Source: Candidatus Saccharimonadota bacterium (GTDB taxonomy: Bacteria; Patescibacteriota; Microgenomatia; UBA1406; GWC2-37-13). Taken from it: a stretch of 32,000 nucleotides of DNA. The notes beneath the pieces are model-generated. The model saw nothing but the letters and a program-made list of their open reading frames with translations. It searched no databases and was not told the DNA's origin. How positions within the stretch are numbered: position 1 is the first letter of the stretch; every line of letters starts with the position of its first letter. The DNA lies in contig CP065004.1 of NCBI GenBank assembly GCA_016700135.1, forward strand, positions 1,050,001-1,082,000, in the 5' to 3' direction. The position numbers were made by a program, and so were the translations under genes. This document shows positions 29,063-32,000 of the stretch, piece after piece.

Positions 29063-31111
29063 TCACCCCCTTTCATCAATTTTGAACGTATAACTTCTGG
29101 AAGCGTATGTAGTTTTCCTTAATACTCCGCCGGAAAGCAAGACTGCGAGCGATGCAAGCAAAAAGGAAATCATATCTTCAGGACCCGTGGTAGGAAGTCT
29201 GCTTACGGATGCTCCAAGCACATCTCCCGTGGTGAAGGGAACGCCGCCTTTATATCCTGTTGTAGATGTCGAAGCCAGTGTTGTTCCTCCACCGCCGGTT
29301 TTGGTTCCTCCGTTATTTCCCCCGTTGCCTGTCGGTGTTGTGGTCGGTGTTGCGGTAGGATTCGGTCCGGATGTCGGTGTAGGTGTGACTGTAGGGTCCT
29401 GAGTCGGTGTGGGTGTGGGTGACGGATCGGCTTTTGCTATAACCTGACAGCCAACTTCAGTTTTGTTTGTATTTGCATTGGCCTCAGTTTGCACGGCCAG
29501 AACAGCGTCGCCTGTCCCGATAATACCTGTCTGACTGCCGATATTTCTGCTTGAGGTATTGGATCCAGTGTCTACCTGTCCTGTGATTTTTTGGACAAGG
29601 AATGCTTTATTGGTATTTGTCACGGAAATATCTGTTGTACTTGTTGTTGAAGTATCAGTCTGGAGATTGTCTCCGGTGTTTATGATTTCCGTATTTTGTC
29701 CTGAAGTTCCGCATGCTGTATATAGCGGATCACTACTGCTGCTGTCAGCGACCGGGTCGTTTGTTTCTTCCTTTAGGGTTGCGGAATTTTCATTCGCTTT
29801 TGCGTCCATTTTCACAATGACGGCAGCGTCTCCAGTAAATATGACCCCTGCGTCGCCGCCGAAGCTAATATTTCTGTTGGCCGTATTATATCCGGTATTG
29901 GCTACGGCATTGACCTGTTGATTGATTGCAGCCTTGTTTGTGTTTGTGACATCAGTATTAGTTGTGTCAGATGAAGATGTATCTGAAGTTGTATTGTCTC
30001 CGGTGTTGAGTATATCGGTACTGTTTTGGCTACTGTTTCCGTTGTTTGCAATCGTTGTGCTGTTGTCGTTTGCATCTGCTTTCATGTCTACATATACCAG
30101 TGCATCTCCGGTTTGAATTATTCCCGCACTTCCCGCAAGTCCGATATTGCGGTCAGCATGATTGTGCCCTGTATTTGCCATGCAGAGTGCTTGACCTGCT
30201 CCGCAGCTTTGTGAGATGAGTGCAGAGTTACTGTTCCTTATCGTGGTCGAGCGTTGCTTCATCAATCTGGAAGCAAAGTCATTATTGTCTCCGGTGTTTA
30301 CGAGGATGATAGATGCTCCGCTGCCCGGTCCGTTGCCATTACTGTCTCCCCCGATAAGGATGACACTTCCGTTTGCAGTCGCGAGAAAGTTGGTAGAGGT
30401 ATATGCCGAACCTGTCAGTATAACTCCGGCACTCCCGCCGATACTGATGTTTCCGTCTGCGGTATTGTGTCCGGTATTAGCCTCAGTCTGAGCCTGCTGA
30501 TTTATTACCGTTTCATTGTTATTGTTTACCATTGTTAACGTTGTATTTTGCGATGATGATGTCTTAGTCATACCGTTACCGGTATTAGTTGTATCGGAAG
30601 AAGTATTTGAAGTAGCCCCTGAGTATCCAATGGATGTTGTATTTTTATTCGTATCTGCTTTTGCGGTTGTCTGAACTCCGGCATTCCCTGTCACAATAAT
30701 TCCTGCATTACCGCCGAAACTGATATTTTTACCCGCTTCATTGTGTCCGGTATTGGCCGTTGCCGTCACCTGTTGATTGACGGCAGCTGTATTGTTGTTA
30801 TCTACTGCAGTTTCGGATGTACTCTCTGATTGATTTGTTTCCGAAACGTTATCTCCTGTATTAACCGTCGTATTTGACTGCTCTTGAGTAGGTTGTGTGG
30901 TTTCCTGTGTATTATTTTGTTCCTGATTTGAGGTTTGAAGTTCCTGTTGGGCCTGTGTTTGTATCTGTTCGGTCAGCGTATTCTTATCAGGAGGAGGGGT
31001 TTCTTCGGCCCAGGCGATGGGTAAAGGAAACAGAATCAAACTCAATGTAAGGTAACTAAATAAAGAGAATGAAACTGCTGTTCTGATAAATTTTGCTATA
31101 TGTATTTTCAT
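29063..31111 (-). CDS. LPXTG-anchored cell-surface protein with five ~91-109-aa NTGDN...NTGHN...TGDA modules
   Basis: Signal peptide ...LFPLPIAWA|EE, a Q/T/N/E-rich spacer, five modules, a P/T linker and then a C-terminal sorting signal: LPTTG (29186-29200), hydrophobic ISFLLASLAVLLSGGVL and basic RK. ATG 31111 is preferred over the TTG at 31123. Confidence 0.85.
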   Translation of the reverse strand: MKIHIAKFIRTAVSFSLFSYLTLSLILFPLPIAWAEETPPPDKNTLTEQIQTQAQQELQTSNQEQNNTQETTQPTQEQSNTTVNTGDNVSETNQSESTSETAVDNNNTAAVNQQVTATANTGHNEAGKNISFGGNAGIIVTGNAGVQTTAKADTNKNTTSIGYSGATSNTSSDTTNTGNGMTKTSSSQNTTLTMVNNNNETVINQQAQTEANTGHNTADGNISIGGSAGVILTGSAYTSTNFLATANGSVILIGGDSNGNGPGSGASIILVNTGDNNDFASRLMKQRSTTIRNSNSALISQSCGAGQALCMANTGHNHADRNIGLAGSAGIIQTGDALVYVDMKADANDNSTTIANNGNSSQNSTDILNTGDNTTSDTSSSDTTNTDVTNTNKAAINQQVNAVANTGYNTANRNISFGGDAGVIFTGDAAVIVKMDAKANENSATLKEETNDPVADSSSSDPLYTACGTSGQNTEIINTGDNLQTDTSTTSTTDISVTNTNKAFLVQKITGQVDTGSNTSSRNIGSQTGIIGTGDAVLAVQTEANANTNKTEVGCQVIAKADPSPTPTPTQDPTVTPTPTSGPNPTATPTTTPTGNGGNNGGTKTGGGGTTLASTSTTGYKGGVPFTTGDVLGASVSRLPTTGPEDMISFLLASLAVLLSGGVLRKTTYASRSYTFKIDERG
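29456..30865 (-). repeat. five tandem protein repeat modules (approximate bounds)
   Basis: NTG(D/N)(N/G) occurs at aa 88, 179, 276, 373 and 482. (N/D)TG(H/Y/S)N occurs at aa 124, 216, 317, 409 and 519 (ORF-track numbering). Confidence 0.6.
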
Positions 31112-31230
31112 AATAAATAACAAAGCTATTTACAAATTTTGTTATGGGGTAATCATAAGGTTGCTTCATAAAGATAGTGAAAGACTCTTATAAAAAAACA
31201 GTAAGGAAGTGAATGATAACTGATCCAAGG

Positions 31231-32000
31231 CTATGAAATGAGTTCAATAGTCTTACGAAAGACTTCATCAACAGTTACGGAACTGACATATGATTTCATA
31301 TGACCGCACGATTCAATTTCATTCAGCGGAATTTGAGAATCACGATCAAAAAGCGGTTGCCGACATACTTCACATTCCTGAATCCATGAGATAGCAGTGC
31401 GGTTTGTTGACCTTGTGACCGGAGACCAGTGGATCATGTTCGGGAACCAATAGATTCCGATCGTCGGTATCCCGATCGCACGGGCGAGATGCATTGGTCC
31501 GGTGTCGTTGGATATTACTGCTCGGGTTTGCTTGAGAACTCCGATAAGGGCTCTCAATGATAGTTTTCCGCACAGATTGACGGCCTGATGTTTCATCGCT
31601 TTTTGCACTTCAGTTATGATGTTTTCCTCAGATATAGTACCTGTAAGAACGATTTCATATCCTTCTTCATATAACCGATCTCCTAATTGAGCGTAGGAAT
31701 CAGCCGGCCAGATTCTTCGACTGTCACTTGCTCCGGTGTGAAGTACCACATATGGAGAGTTTATTCCTCTGATAAACTCCGTTGCTTCACGGTAATCTTC
31801 TTCAATTGTCGGAATCTTCGGGTCTATCGCTACAGGAGATGCTCCGGCCAGTGACACTACTTCAAGATATCGGTGAACTTCATGCTGATACAGCCGATAC
31901 GGAATTGTTTTATCAAGATCGGGGGCATCATCGGTTTTCATTCCGATTGTATAGTTCGCGCCCAGCCTCTTTACAAAAGGGTTAGAGTTTCTACCGCCGC
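31231..32000 (-). CDS. glycosyltransferase family 9 (ADP-heptose-dependent heptosyltransferase-like), 5'-partial at window edge
   Basis: The C-terminal GT-B domain has VVLHTGASDSRRIWP, NLCGKLSLRALIGVL and VISNDTGPMHLARAIGIPTIGIY. The frame stays open from 31941 to the window end (…GGRNSNPFVKRLGANYTIG), so the real start lies beyond 32000. Confidence 0.85.
   Translation of the reverse strand, partial: GGRNSNPFVKRLGANYTIGMKTDDAPDLDKTIPYRLYQHEVHRYLEVVSLAGASPVAIDPKIPTIEEDYREATEFIRGINSPYVVLHTGASDSRRIWPADSYAQLGDRLYEEGYEIVLTGTISEENIITEVQKAMKHQAVNLCGKLSLRALIGVLKQTRAVISNDTGPMHLARAIGIPTIGIYWFPNMIHWSPVTRSTNRTAISWIQECEVCRQPLFDRDSQIPLNEIESCGHMKSYVSSVTVDEVFRKTIELIS

Noticed and set aside
31300-31400. CxxC...CxH cluster (ECEVC...SCGH) near the GT9 C-terminus as evidence for an Aah/TibC-type 'iron finger'
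   Set aside because: As far as I recall, Cys clusters near the C-terminus occur in many ordinary GT9 enzymes, so the motif is not diagnostic without an alignment. The heptosylation hypothesis rests on gene context only.
1-32000. Alternative genetic code (UGA recoding, as in some CPR lineages)
   Set aside because: Conserved genes terminate at TGA at the expected lengths, and four ATGA start/stop overlaps use TGA as the stop. The standard bacterial code fits all conserved proteins.

Overview
This is a gene-dense, AT-rich bacterial chromosome segment (about 40% GC by eye). It uses the standard code: TGA serves as a stop, and several ATGA start/stop overlaps are present. It most likely comes from a small-genome monoderm lineage such as CPR/Patescibacteria. 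That is an inference from domain-reduced aaRSs, type IV pilus genes, an LPXTG surface protein and many genes without a Shine-Dalgarno sequence.

Layout:
- 66-3392: type IV pilus module (two pilin-like genes, then pilM/N/O-like genes).
- 3400-11488: housekeeping genes on mixed strands (rpsP, rnc, nusB, rpmF, recG, PBP1A, alpha/beta hydrolase, HAD hydrolase).
- 11525-19666, minus strand: the classical thrS-infC-rpmI-rplT-pheS-pheT cluster, with thrC and a P-loop kinase inserted after thrS.
- 19862-23476: a further pilin, trpS and a GH28-like beta-helix exoprotein.
- 23712-32000: an accessory-looking region. It holds tRNA-Val(GAC), an ADP-heptose-type adenylyltransferase, a PPC/DUF296 protein, an aquaporin, an IS1016-like IS, three paralogous secreted repeat proteins (one LPXTG-anchored) and a partial GT9 heptosyltransferase-like gene.

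Most unusual observations:
1. A 999-bp array of about 21 tandem copies of a tRNA-Val 5' fragment. Each copy carries a GC hairpin insert, and the array lies between an extended -10 promoter and the intact tRNA gene.
2. A leaderless Thr/Ile-rich 16-codon leader peptide with competing GGAGGG/CCCTCC hairpins and a terminator upstream of thrS-kinase-thrC. This looks like a thr-operon-style attenuator controlling an aaRS.
3. A recurrent TGnTAnnnT-N6/7-ATG geometry, which implies widespread leaderless mRNAs.
4. An unrecognised ~95-aa NTGDN...NTGHN...TGDA repeat-module surface protein family next to heptose-pathway genes. This suggests possible protein heptosylation.

All calls come from reading the sequence and ORF translations. 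No searches were run.
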